64,000 nucleotides of DNA from Amphiscolops sp. MND2022 (GCA_964187785.1 OZ076419.1:23560001-23624000); one strand, 5' to 3'. Positions 47,841-59,684 are shown, numbered from the stretch's first letter. Numbers and translations: made by a program. Notes: generated by a model from the letters alone, not told the origin.

Positions 47841-49175
47841 TCAGTATCTGTAAGAGTCTGAGTAATTTGGGTTAGGGTTAGGACGTAAGTTGTATTTTTC
47901 AACACGAGTATTTATGGGTTTTTCTTGCAATGGGGTATTTTCGGAGTTTTCTGGGGTTTCTTGGGTTTGTATTTCTGGTGTATTTTCTTGTGGGGTTTTT
48001 TGGGAATTTTCTGCTTCATCATCATGGGTTTCTTGTGGAATTTCATTGTGGCTTGTTTTTTCACGTTCAGTGGACTGCTCCACTGGGCTCCCCCACCATT
48101 TTTTGGCAATGAGGGGGAGGGAGGGCGGCTATTTTCAGGTTCTTCGATAGGAACGTATTCAATATCCTCAGTGTGTTGTACATAATCCGGAGGATTAGCC
48201 TCGAATGGGTTGTGGCCAAAGTTTGTGTTCCATGATTGAGCATATAAGTCGTCATGCGCCACCGGCATTTGATCATCTTTTTGCCAATCGGTTTCTCGGA
48301 CAAAAATGTCAGCTAATGGTGCTTGCGGTGTAAATTTCTTTAAACGGATTCTGTGTAAGAGTTGCGTTTTGTTTGTCCCCAGTCTCCTAACTATGTAATT
48401 ATTATTAGGGAGTACTTTCTCAACTTTGTAAGGACCCTGCAATCTGAATTCCCGAAATGGTATTTTCGTAGCTTGTGTGTCAGCCTTCGGGTTTAAGATG
48501 TAGCAGTAGTCCGTTGTTTCTAATGGTGGTGCTTTTGCTTTCCGATCATAATAGGCTTTGTATTTAAGGTAAGACTGCATTATGTTCTTTTTGGTTTGGT
48601 CTAAGAGTATTCTCTTACGTCTCTGTATTTCTTCAGCCACATCTGTTTCGGGTGGATATTTTGGGTTGGGATTGTATCCTAATTTGTAATCTAGGATGTT
48701 GTGTGGTATGCGCCCATGAAAAACTCGTGAGGGATCGCAACCAAGTGATGCATGATAGGTTGTGTTATTGCACTAATACTGGCAACGGGAGAAATTTATG
48801 CCAATTATGTCGGAACTCTCCAGTTGCTGCTTTGAGCTGCGTTTTTACTGAAGCATGGGTTCTTTCCAAGAGTCCTATTGTCTGAGCATGTTTCATTGTT
48901 GCATGTTTAAGCTCAACACCTAGGACAGCTGTAACTTCATGGGTTACTTGGGCAATAAATTGTGTGCCAAGATCTGTGATGATTGTTGTTGGAAGGTAGG
49001 TATGTTTGCATAGGATGCCCATTATGACTCGAGCCACTGATGTTGCAGTGATGCGAGCTACTGGGTAAGCAAACAGGTATCGTGAGAAAACGTCGATTGC
49101 TGTTAATATATGATCGTAGCCACCACTGGGTGCGAGATTATGTAAGATGTCCATTTAGAGGATATCTTCAGGACC
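47841..49175 (-). pseudogene. pol: Integrase core and C-terminal tail of pol, disrupted
   Basis: AIDVFSRYLFAYP, ITDLGTQF and ERTHASVKTQLK (DDE) in 48765-49154. GPY/F-like GPYKVEKVLPNNNY in 47912-48640. The true end KYNLRPNPNPNYSDSYRY* is in 47841-48083. Stops and frameshifts lie between the pieces. Confidence 0.9.
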
Positions 49176-52100
49176 TAGGTCCCATTCGGGGCAATTGAGT
49201 AGTTCGGTTCTGAGGAGGTCATTGTTGATCTTTTGGTTTGAATGCAAGTTTGGCAGTCACTGACCCATTTTTTAATGTATTTTGCAATACAAGGGTAGTA
49301 ATATTTCTGTCGAGTTTCTTGTATCATCTTTGTAATGCCTGGATGATTCGAGTTGTGACCATGTGAGGCTTGAAGTAGTTCTTCAAGGAGTTGCGTTGGG
49401 AGTAGAATCTGGTAATGCGAAGTGGTCCCTGTGTCTGTGTAGTATTTGCGGGTCAGAACCTCTTGCTTGATTTCGATTCTTGTAATGTTTTGTAGATAAT
49501 GGTGATATCTGTAGTCAGATGCTAAGTCGTTTTCGTCAAAGGGGTTTCCTTCTATTTTGGCTCGCAAGTTTCTGAGAACTGTGTCATTGTTTTGTTCAAG
49601 TCTAATCCTTGCATTATCGCGGAAATATCCTTCAGAACAGGTGTTGAGACCTGATGTAGGTTTGTGGAAATGTTGGAGTTCCGTGACGTTATTTTCTGGT
49701 TCATTGTGGGTTTCAGTTTGAGCCTGATGTATAATATTTTGCTTTTCTTCCCAAAGCTTATTTTCGTCAAATTCCTCGTCGGGAAGAATGTAGATCTGTT
49801 CTTCTTCTACTATACCTGATGATTGTATGTTGACTTCGATGGCTCTCGTTTGAATGTCGTTACGTATGCTCATTTCGAGTTTCTCGACTTGGTTAATTTC
49901 TGTTCTGGACAGAAAGTCCGCTGCGGTATTCATTGAACCAGCTACATGGGCAATGACAAAATTGTATTGCAATACATAATCGCATGCGTTCCAGAGCGCT
50001 GGAGGGATGAGTTTTGCTTGGAAGAAGCGGGTAACTGACCTGTTGTCTGTGAAAACTATGACTGGAAAAGTGCTACCCCACATGAGGTGTCCAAACTCAA
50101 CGAAAGCAAAGTAAAAAGAAAGAAATTCTTTTGCATATATAGACAGTTTCGTTTGTGTTGGATTAAATGTTTTAGAGCCAAATGCAATTGATGCATATGT
50201 TTTACGCTTGGACTGGAGTTTTTGGTTAGGATCATCTTCTATCATGATAGCATATCCTGCAGCTGTAAAGGTTGCATCAGACATGACTATGAGTTGTTTA
50301 TCTTTGAGAGGTTGTCTCAGGGCTAATTGGCATGAGTTTTCAAGAAGTTTGTTGAGGTTGGTGAAATCTTCGACCAAATTAGTGGGTATATAGATTTTGG
50401 AGGTTTCTTTAAGAAGTTTGAAGAATGGAGAAAGACGTTCAGAGAGTCTCGGGATGTAATTGCGGTAATAGTTTAGAAATCCTATATACCTTTGAAGTGC
50501 TTTTTTGGATTTGGGGACTCTCAAATTCGACAAGAAATCTTTGACTTTGTCAGCTTGAGGTGCCACGCCGGCGGGTGTAATTGTTCGACCTAGGAAGTCG
50601 ACTTGTTTGACTCCGAAGTGGCATTTGGACATTGTGAGTTTAAGACCTGCATTTCTGATGCATTCGAAAACTGTCCTAATGTTGGCACATAGCTGTTTTG
50701 CATCGTTCGCTGCTATGCCGATGTCATCGATATATTGTGCACATTGATCAGCTTTGATTGCTCTGTCAAGGTACTCTCTCATGAAGCTTGAAAAAACCGA
50801 TAGAGATCTGCTAAGACCTTGGGCAAGTTGTCGGTAGGCGAAGGTTCGGCTTGCGAAGTTGAAGGCAAGCATCTGGATGGATTGGTAATCGGCCATTTGA
50901 AGGCAGTGGTAAGCTTGGGAGCAGTCTAATTTGCAGAAAAGTTTTTTGCCTGCCATAAGTTGTGCTGCGTCCGATAGTGTGCTTACCGGGTGGTTGTTGT
51001 TGATGTAGTCTTCGGTGATTAAGTTGTTGATTTTCCGGAGGTCCACTAGGAGTCTGAGTCGTCCGTTTGGTTTGCGTTGCGCAAAAATTGGACTAGCGTA
51101 TTTAGAAAAGGGTAGTGTTGTTATGATTCCATATTTATGTAGAAGTGCCAGTTCGACTGTAATGTCATCTTTGAGATTGATTGGTGTTGGCAAACTTTGG
51201 CTATATGCTGGTCTATCATCGTTTGGTGTGAGTTTGACCATAAATTCACGATTGGTGCCAATGTCGAATCGGTGTCTGGCAAAAATGTCGTGAAATTCGA
51301 TGAGAATTTCTTCGATTTGGTTCCGCTCATCGGTGTTGAGAGTTGTATCGGTCCAGTCAAAATTTGAAAGGAATGATTGTCTTGATTCTTCATTATCTTG
51401 GGGATTAAGTTGTTCGAGTTGTTTCAGTTCGAGGAGTTCGTTGTAGATCCGCTGTTGGATTGGGGTATATGTTGTAGGATCACCTGGGTCGTTTCGTGTT
51501 GGGAACCAATAGGATTCTTGATCATGGTCTTGGGAAGGAACTTTCAGAAGCTCGTTTATATAGATTTCAGTTGTATCTTCATGTTGGATCATGAATGATA
51601 ACATTGCTGGGTCGACAGGTTGTATGTGCTTGATTTGTTCTGGTGTGAGGATTTTGAAGTCTGCTAAATGGGTGTCGCAGAATATTGTATATGGAAATTC
51701 TGAGAAGTTGACTACCTGATAGCCGATAGCATTATTGTTGACCGTGCTTAATGATGATGTGATGAAAAAGCTGTCGTGACTTTCGAATTGTGGTGAAGGT
51801 GTGACTATTCCTGTTGCATCATGGTCTAACAGGTGATGCATTCTGCTTGCTATGGCGAGAGTTTCGCCTGGTTGTAGTGTGTATGTATTTTCAGCATACA
51901 AAGGCGTTGCTTGACGCAATGGTACTTGCATGTCTGGTTTTAGTTGCATTGAAAGGTATGGAAAAGTTAAGATGCCTTGTGTGACATCAAAAACTGCATT
52001 GTTTCTGCGCAGGAAGCAGAGACCTATGAGTGGGTTTGGGAGATTTTTCATGATGATGAAGTTTTCTCGTAACATGAAATCAGCCACTTCAAATTCAAGA

Positions 52101-52723
52101 AGTTCTGTACCAATTGGTACTTCTAATTGACCATTGGCCACCATAATTTGGAAATTTGGCGGTGGGCCAGTGACTTTTATTGCTTCATTGGCAAGTAATT
52201 TGATTTTGTTAAGATCTTGTTCAGAAATGGCACTTGTCAGGGCTCCTGTGTCAATGCGTCCATCAAGTGTGAGTCTTTCGAAGTCCATTGGCATATAGTA
52301 CATGTGACGTTTTCGTTTCAATGTTAGCGAGGTTGACATAGGTAGGTATGACAGGTTGCGTTCCTGATCAAACTGTATGTGGTTTGCGATGTCTTCATCT
52401 AGAAGGGGTTGTTTTTGTTCCTTGCAAGAAGAGGTACTCGGGAGGTGGTTTTGTGGTGGGTTAGCTGTAAGTTCGGGAGAGTTTTGGATGTTGTCTGAGA
52501 AATACTTGTCGGGAGCATCTCTCATAAGTTCATAATACGATTCTTGTGTGGGTTCATTGTTGTCTGAGTTAGTAGATGTTTGTGGGTTGTAGTCTGGTTC
52601 TGTGGTTAGTTGTTTGAGTTGTATGTTTACTGTTTCCACTTGACGCTGCCAGTCGTCTTGTGGTTGTGAAGTTTTTATTTTTTGGGCGTATTGATTATTA
52701 AGTCGTGGCGTTTCTAGTTTAAA
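49175..52723 (-). CDS. pol: Pol polyprotein: aspartic protease, RT, RNase H and integrase HHCC zinc finger
   Basis: DTGA (PR); LLVDLRKIN, KLDCSQAYH and YIDD (RT); VMSDA, EF, TDNRS and ADFLSR (RH); H-x6-H...C-x2-C (IN). 1154-aa ORF that stays open upstream to the slippery site and is frameshifted near 49190. Confidence 0.95.
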   Translation of the reverse strand, partial: FKLETPRLNNQYAQKIKTSQPQDDWQRQVETVNIQLKQLTTEPDYNPQTSTNSDNNEPTQESYYELMRDAPDKYFSDNIQNSPELTANPPQNHLPSTSSCKEQKQPLLDEDIANHIQFDQERNLSYLPMSTSLTLKRKRHMYYMPMDFERLTLDGRIDTGALTSAISEQDLNKIKLLANEAIKVTGPPPNFQIMVANGQLEVPIGTELLEFEVADFMLRENFIIMKNLPNPLIGLCFLRRNNAVFDVTQGILTFPYLSMQLKPDMQVPLRQATPLYAENTYTLQPGETLAIASRMHHLLDHDATGIVTPSPQFESHDSFFITSSLSTVNNNAIGYQVVNFSEFPYTIFCDTHLADFKILTPEQIKHIQPVDPAMLSFMIQHEDTTEIYINELLKVPSQDHDQESYWFPTRNDPGDPTTYTPIQQRIYNELLELKQLEQLNPQDNEESRQSFLSNFDWTDTTLNTDERNQIEEILIEFHDIFARHRFDIGTNREFMVKLTPNDDRPAYSQSLPTPINLKDDITVELALLHKYGIITTLPFSKYASPIFAQRKPNGRLRLLVDLRKINNLITEDYINNNHPVSTLSDAAQLMAGKKLFCKLDCSQAYHCLQMADYQSIQMLAFNFASRTFAYRQLAQGLSRSLSVFSSFMREYLDRAIKADQCAQYIDDIGIAANDAKQLCANIRTVFECIRNAGLKLTMSKCHFGVKQVDFLGRTITPAGVAPQADKVKDFLSNLRVPKSKKALQRYIGFLNYYRNYIPRLSERLSPFFKLLKETSKIYIPTNLVEDFTNLNKLLENSCQLALRQPLKDKQLIVMSDATFTAAGYAIMIEDDPNQKLQSKRKTYASIAFGSKTFNPTQTKLSIYAKEFLSFYFAFVEFGHLMWGSTFPVIVFTDNRSVTRFFQAKLIPPALWNACDYVLQYNFVIAHVAGSMNTAADFLSRTEINQVEKLEMSIRNDIQTRAIEVNIQSSGIVEEEQIYILPDEEFDENKLWEEKQNIIHQAQTETHNEPENNVTELQHFHKPTSGLNTCSEGYFRDNARIRLEQNNDTVLRNLRAKIEGNPFDENDLASDYRYHHYLQNITRIEIKQEVLTRKYYTDTGTTSHYQILLPTQLLEELLQASHGHNSNHPGITKMIQETRQKYYYPCIAKYIKKWVSDCQTCIQTKRSTMTSSEPNYSIAPNGT

Positions 52724-54403
52724 TCCTTGGAGGAGGATTGTTGAGGTCGTTCTAGTTTTGGTTTTATGGGTTTTCGGGCTTGTTTGTAAGCTTCGATGAC
52801 TTTCTTTTGAGCTTCAGTGAGATTCAACTTCGGCCGGCGGTTTTCCATGTTGGCACCGAAGTAGCAGTTTTCTTCTTCATGTCCGGGTGTGTTGCAATTT
52901 TGGCATTTTTCTGCGTCCGGATCTTCGTCAAGTTTACGCCGTTTTGCTAGTTTGGGGCAATCAGTCATCATATGTCCTGTCTCTTTGCAATAACGGCATT
53001 GGTCATTTTTGAGTGTTTTGTTAGGTACTGTTTTTTGAGTCTGAGTTTTAGACTTTTCGGTTTGTTTTTTAGTTGCTTTTTCAGCATTTTGTTCTTTTTT
53101 AGTGACGGTCATTTGGGTTTTGAGTGACGGCCCGTCTGCCTCCAAACCGTTTAGTTCCATCTCCCTCTCGAGGTGTTTTACGATCTGGTCGTAAGTTCCA
53201 TTCTCGAGATAGTCTTGGTTGATGGACTTTTTGAGGTGGGGGGGGGCATTTTTGCATAGAGTAAGATTTCTATCATCTGATATGCGTTGTCCCCGAATGC
53301 TTTTTCGGCACTTCTTGAAGTTCCTCTAAGAAATCCGGTAGCTTTTGGTTTTCGGGATCAAAGAAAAGTCTATTGAATCTGTGTTTTGCCGAAGCGCTAG
53401 ATTCTGGTTTGACATATTTTCTGCGGAAGACTTTTAAGATGTCTTCTAGTGTTGTAGATGGTGTTCGTTGTATGTTTTTGAAAGTTTTCAGAGCCAAACC
53501 TCTGAGGTGTGCGTGAAAATGGTTAGTTTTCATTTCTTCAGTTAGATTCGGCTGCATGCGAAGCGTTGTATGGAACAAGTTTTTGAAGTATTCGAATTTC
53601 TCATTTTTCTCATTTTTTCCATTGAAAGTCAATGTGTTTTTCGGATGAAACAGTGATTGTGGTGCATTTTTGTTTGCTAGTTTCTCTATTGCTTGGGCAA
53701 TTTGGTTTACTGGGTCAGAAGGTGTTTCTGTCATAGTTGACGTTTGTCTGTCTGCATGGGATCCGATAGTATCATTTAACGAGTGAGGATTGTGAGAACT
53801 TTGTCTATGGAGTTGTTTGTTGGCTCCTGTCACCATGTGATAATCCTCTACCTCAAAGTCCTCCTCAGATATTAATGTTCTATCCAAGTTAGTTTCACTC
53901 CTATGAAATGGTTTGGCTGGATGTCTAAGGTCTCTCATTTTAGAGGCTTGGAGAGGATAATCTTCGTCTTCTGAATCTATGTTCTCATTATAAGATGCGT
54001 GTACTCCAGTAGACTTGTTAGTTTTGGATTCCGAAGGTTGCATATTTTGTATTTCGTTCATTTCAGACCTTGGGTTTGTCACTGTAGATGCACTTTTGTT
54101 CGACTTTATCTCTTTCAGAATTGCGTCTAGTTTTTTTTTCATTTCTTCTCTCATTTTCGTAATTCTATCGTTGTTTTTCTGTTCGAAATTCTCAATCCAT
54201 GCCTGTATTTCATTGCTCAACTGGCTGGGTTCTATTAGCTGAGATCTAAGTTCAAAATTATCTAAATCTCCTTGAATATTAGAATCAACATTAACTAAAG
54301 TATCATTACCTTGAGGTGGTGTTTCTACTTGTACTTCAGTGAGACTTCTTTCGGGGGAAGGAGTTGCTAATCTCCTGGACCTTCTATTTCTTTTATTTAC
54401 CAT
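52714..54403 (-). CDS. gag: Gag starting inside the 5' LTR, with one frameshift near 53310 and two CCHC zinc knuckles
   Basis: ORF 53273-54412 continues as ..AEKAFGDNAYQMIEILLYAKMPPHLKKSINQ.. into 52714-53160, which has CRYCKETGHMMTDC and CQNCNTPGHEEENC. Confidence 0.9.
52717..52723 (-). promoter_or_regulatory. -1 ribosomal frameshift slippery heptamer U UUA AAC at the gag-pol junction
   Basis: Gag ends GAT TTA AAC TAG. The -1 frame (TTT AAA CTA GAA..) is open and continuous with the pol ORF. Confidence 0.8.
53821..53835 (-). other. Primer-binding site TGGTGACAGGAGCCA (tRNA-Leu-like)
   Basis: Directly after the CA end of the 5' LTR. Resembles the complement of the tRNA-Leu(CAG) 3' end, TGGTGTCAGGAG (11/12). 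Confidence 0.75.
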
Positions 54404-55472
54404 CTGTCTCAAGTGAAAATTGTATTTGGTTGTTGGGGAAGAATTTGAATTTATTCAAGAGAATTATCCAAAGACAATTCAAGAAACGAAGCAAATGTTG
54501 ATCATAACCGCTTTTACAAAGATTGGGTTGAAAATTAAGCAACTGGTAGGTTGGGGGTTTCAAATCACGAATGTATTCTCCTTCCAGTTTCACCCCACTC
54601 CTCAAGAAATATATAGAATGACAAGCATTTTTACTGATATCATTGACTAAAAGCCTAAAAATAGGATAGCGTCACAATTCCATCATTCTATTTATAATCA
54701 TCAAGGGATATAATCAAGGGGTTCAAATGGTTCCTGTGGAAGCAATTCTAAACGATGTATGAAACGTTATTTATCAATATATAGATGATACATGACTGCA
54801 GAACATTCAAAAGATTATTGACTAAACCGCACAACTGAGTATATACGTTTTACCTTGCTCCGCATAATAACGCGTAGCATTGTTTAGGAAAACGCATAAT
54901 TGCGTATATGCGTTAATGCTCAAAACGTACAGTGACGTATAATCGTATTAACAAAATGTATATTACTGCATAAGCGGATTATCTCAAAACGCATGTTGAC
55001 GTATAGTTGAAAAACGCATAATACCGCATATGCATAACACCAGTTTACGCATAATAACGTATACTTCAAATTCATTTTATGCTTAATTGCGTATACTCGT
55101 CACATCTTTTCACGTATAGTGACGCATTTTAGCAGTTGAAAAACGTCCATTGACGCTTATTCATAGTTCTAATATCAGTATGATCACGTATAATGAAAAA
55201 CAAAAATCGCGGATTAATCATGCTTATGTAATGTTCATCATATATTGCATCTATGAATGGATTTGAAACAATCAGGGCAGTTCAAAAGGACTTAGGAAAT
55301 ATTTCCAAAATGGAAAAACATCAATAAAGATAAACAAATAGCTTACATGACAGTACAAAAATATCGTTAAAACAAGTTTTGATGAAGTTTAAAATGTTTC
55401 TACATTGGGTTTCGTCAGGTGTTCCTTTTTACTGTTGCCCTACGGACCCATCGCATCTCGAGGGATGCGACA
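53836..55472 (-). repeat. 5' LTR (1637 bp)
   Basis: Starts TGTCGCATCCC and ends GATTATCACA on the minus strand, followed by the PBS. Confidence 0.95.
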
Positions 55473-55899
55473 GAATAAATCTTTAAAATTACATGTAGAT
55501 AGAAGGGTTTTTTGAAATTTCTGTCAATACTCATAAAGTGGAAATTGAGGAGTCTGGAATGATCAACGTGGAAGTCAATTAACTTACAAAAAAGGGTGTT
55601 TTTTAGCTTCCTCTGAGACGACAAGAAGAAGTTCTTGTGTTTGAAAAGGCGCGGGGAAATTAACAAAGGCATCTTGATCAAGTGGTAAGGTTCAAATGGT
55701 AGGGTTTTTGCGTTGGGTATATATCAAATGGTAAGTATGAACAAGCCGGGAACAGCCCGTAAAGGTTCTTAGATATGAAATGAACACTATTTTGCAGTGG
55801 TTTCCTAAATTTACAGTGCACAAAAACACGAGAATGCATAAGTATCAGACTCGAACACCGCCTTTTCCTGTTTTGAAACATCAAAAAACGGTTTTGTTT

Positions 55900-57289
55900 T
55901 AACAAATGAGATTCTTCGAATATTTTTTTCAATCAAAAATCTAACAGTGCCGAAAAAGATCTTGCACGCTCGCAAAACACTTTTTTCACGCGGAAAACAT
56001 TTATCGAAGTGAAGGTACAGTTTGATCATGTGAAAATTGCATTGAAACAAATGTCGCAATGTGTCGAGACAAACTGTAGAACTTTTCCACAATCTTTGTG
56101 AAAGCTCATCAGCCGAAAAGCGCAACAGAGGGGACCCTTTGAGTTTTTTTATTACCCAGTTTTGTGCACAAAATCAAAATAACCAAAGAGGGAAACCCTT
56201 GGCGACATAAAAATATTCGGATGATGTCTCATAATGCCAAAAAACTAGTGAAACGAAACTTTTTGTAGTATCTAGTAACAGAAAAAGCTTTTAAAACTAT
56301 GGTACCCAAAGGTGGCACCGTTTGGAAGCACCAGAGTTTTCTTTCTAGGGAGGCCCACAGAAATTCTGTGAAAAGTGGACCTTTCGGTGTCAGGTCTGTG
56401 GTTGGGAGAAAAAAGTCACTGTAAGAGTCGGGCATTTTTGTTTCACAAAAAGCACCGACTAAAAAAAGTTCACCATTGATTAGGTAATACAGGATATTAA
56501 AAGTTCGGATTACTTTACGGGAGACATGATTGGTCATACTTATTTTAGTCATTTCAGAAAACGCGGAACACTTAGGTTGCCAAAACAGCTGAATGTTTGC
56601 AGTGATTGAAAAATATATTCAGATGATTTGAGGAACCTTATGATTTTGAGACACTCCCTCCAAAAACTGTTTTTAGTCGGCGCTTTTTCCTTTAAGGAAA
56701 AAAACCCGACTATTACAGTAGCTAGTTTTTTTTTCTTTTTTTTTCGTCAGACCACAGAGCTCATCGCGTATGTACCACTTTTTACAGAAACTGATAAGAC
56801 TACTCAGGCCAAGTCAGGCCAATGGAAATTTAGTGCAAAGGGTCCCTTTGCTTTCATTTTTTACCTTTTTTACGTAACCTACAAAACTGGAAGAGACCAA
56901 AGGGGCCCCCCTTTCAATTTTTTTTCGGCACTGTGCGAAATTTGTTCCAAAATTTTTTAAGGTCTCAAAAGAGTCCCCCCTTCGAGTTTTTTGATATTTT
57001 GCAACAGAATGTATGTTAATGAATCCCAAAGGGCCCCCCCTTTTCATTTTTCGGCACTATACGACCTTTTCGAAGTTTTTTTTCATAAAATTTTTCAAAA
57101 AAAAATTTCAAATTTTGTTCCCATCCGAGAAACAGTGATTTCCAGTCATATCGAGCATTAAAGGCACACTTTGGGTGTCTCGAAAGTGTTTTCAAAGCTT
57201 TTCATGAATACGTCCTGAGCATATTTATAAAACTTTGCGCTTCTTGAGCCTTAGATATAGCGCCGACTTTAGACGTTCCCGTCTTGTTC
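55900..57289 (+). repeat. Cluster of the dispersed modular repeat family, ending GCGCCGACTTTTAGACGTTCCCGTCTTGTT
   Basis: Shares modules with 3886, 20880 and 37250. Boundaries are approximate. Confidence 0.55.
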
Positions 57290-57453
57290 ATTTTTGTACA
57301 TTGGCTTTTCTTCGGTGGGCTGGATTTTTTGTAACATTAGACTATACATTAGTTAGCTAATTACAACTATGAAATTGGAAATTTGCCAAATTTTGTCGGA
57401 AAAAAATTGATTCATTTGCATTCTCCAAAGTTTGAATGTGGTCGTAAACTTGC

Positions 57454-59684
57454 TTTTACGACTTACAAGAGGATTGTTGCTTTGAGCAGTCGTTTTAGTT
57501 CTCATAGGAGTAGACGTAAGGACAACTAAAATATTTTCAGCCTCAGACTCTGTATCTTCTAGGTTTTGAATCAAAAGTTTGATTTGAAGTGGGAACTTTT
57601 GATTTTAGCATTTCCTTCTTGTTTCCAGTAAGTATTTTTGTTAAGGCAGACATTATTTCCTGCATGAGAGACAGTTTAAACTCGTCTAAAGTTCCAGAGT
57701 GAAGTTTAGAAGATTTTCTAGGACCACGGAATTGGTTTTTCAACAGCATTATGTTCAGCTATAGACTTCTGAAGCTCGTCAGGGACTAGTTGCTCTACTA
57801 CTTTCCTCTTTTGATTTCGAGTTGTCATTTTTGGTTAAAACGAGAGTTTTTTGAGGAGTCTCAAAATCCTTGGCTAAATCGTTTCAAAATTGATGCAGCA
57901 ATGAAAACAGTGATGACTAACTTATATTTACAACCAAACATAATTTTACTTTTCTAGCATTATTTTTTCCTCAGCTAAAATTACCAAGGTATCAGAAGAA
58001 ATGGACTTTTCACCGAAAACCCTTGTTGATTCATATATTTCAGTTCGGTGTTTGAAATTCAGGTACAAAATACCTAGTCGCGCTAGCCATGCGTCATACT
58101 TGCTGAAAACGATTCCTTACCGCATCTAAATGGCGGTCACGTTAAACTCCGTTTGAACTTTGACGATGAAGGCACGCTAGGTGTGAACAAAAACTCAATT
58201 CTCAACCGGGACGTTTGGAACCAGAATGATGACATTCTAAATGAAGAAGCGCACTTAAACGGAAGAAAGCTGCCTTAGAGACAAAACAGCTACCTGATAT
58301 TGGATAGAAAAAAACACTAGAAGATCACACTTTGAAAATGAAAAAACTCAAGTAAGTACAACATATTCAAATTGAAGAAGCTTAGTCATGAACAATTGCA
58401 CAAAACAACATTATGCATTCTCCTAGTCAGAAAAGTCATAGAACAGCATTAAATAAAAATGCAACAAAGGCTTTACGCTCATCAATCAATTAAACTCACA
58501 TACTCAAGAACAACATTTCTTGGATAGCAGTTCAGGGAACAACGATTCACAGTTTTAACAAACAACACTAATCTTCGAAACTTTAAAGTCTGTAAATAAC
58601 AATAATGGCGTATTTGATTGGAATTGGTTATTTGTGATGTTGACCTTGAGTGTCATGTGGATTATACAAAAGTAGAAAATTGAATAATTTGTATTCTATT
58701 GGATGTTTATATAAATATTAGGGAAACGCTCTCCAGTGGCGTTTTGTCCACGTGTTTTTCAGGCAACTTGTAGTTTAGTTGTGAGTGGGAATCATACAGC
58801 ACCTCAAGTGAATATTCTCGACGAACGACAAATAGTTTCATGTCTCATCTTACAACATTTTTCTCGAGAGTCAAAGCACGCAATAAACCATTTTACATTA
58901 TTTAATAACTACATTGATCTCTGTGGAATTACTTTTTATTGAAAAAAAAAGCTCACGAGTAAAGCCAACCTTAAAATGCAACGTAGCGTCAACGTGAGTC
59001 CTAAGATTATTTACGGTTGACCCAAATTGACGGAAGAAGTGTGTCAGGCTTCGGAAAACTGGTCCACTGCTCTTTATTAGTGACATCACAAAAACTCAAT
59101 CCTATAGGATTGAGTGCAATTGTATCGTTCCAGCAGCGACGCCATTGGTTCATTTATGTTGGCAAATCTGAGTTTTGATTTTGCTATAAGACGTTGCGTC
59201 GTTAATATTTTTGTAGATTATGTTCGTCTTAGAATAGACTGACAATGCTATTCGAGGATTGTTTGTTCGATTTTTTCAGGTCATATTTTGTCAGTTGAAA
59301 CGCAGGTAGAATGTTTTTTAAAGTTGTTTATGTTGCAAAAATAGATGGATAAACCTTCCTTTTCCAATCTGTCTCTGTTTTAATGTTTAGATTGTTATGT
59401 ATATTGATTGAGAAGAAAACCGGGAATGCAGAGGCGTTGATCTTGACAAATTACACCGGAATTTTGTTACAAAATTTCACTAAGTGGGAAAATATCAGTT
59501 CCGGTCACCCTTCAATCAACTATTCGTCGTTCTAATAAACATCCTTACCATTGATTTTGATGTGTTGTAAGTAAAATTTTCTTACTTACTTGAAAAGTTT
59601 TGCGTTTGCCCTGACCAAGACCGGTTGTTTTCCGTTGAATCCCCTGTTGACAATACGTACGCCAGCCGGGAGTGTGCTGAGACA
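57454..59684 (-). mobile_element. Older solo LTR (about 2.2 kb) with a degenerate gag N-terminus
   Basis: Right end GTTGACAATACGTACGCCAGCCGGGAGTGTGCTGAGACA resembles the other LTR ends. Left end TTTTACGACT is a mutated TGTTACGACT. ORFs 57543-57749 and 57353-57574 are gag-N homologs. No matching TSD. Confidence 0.65.

Larger units (their letters stand above)
39074..55472 (-). mobile_element. Giant Ty3/Gypsy LTR retrotransposon (16.4 kb) with about 7 kb of accessory region
   Basis: LTRs 39074-40722 and 53836-55472 with TG..CA ends. TSD GAATA at 39069-73 and 55473-77. PBS present. Domain order gag(CCHC x2)-PR-RT-RH-IN. Confidence 0.97.

Noticed and set aside
47890-52130. Many short plus-strand and off-frame ORFs over pol
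   Set aside because: Shadow ORFs opposite or overlapping a long coding region, with no motifs of their own.
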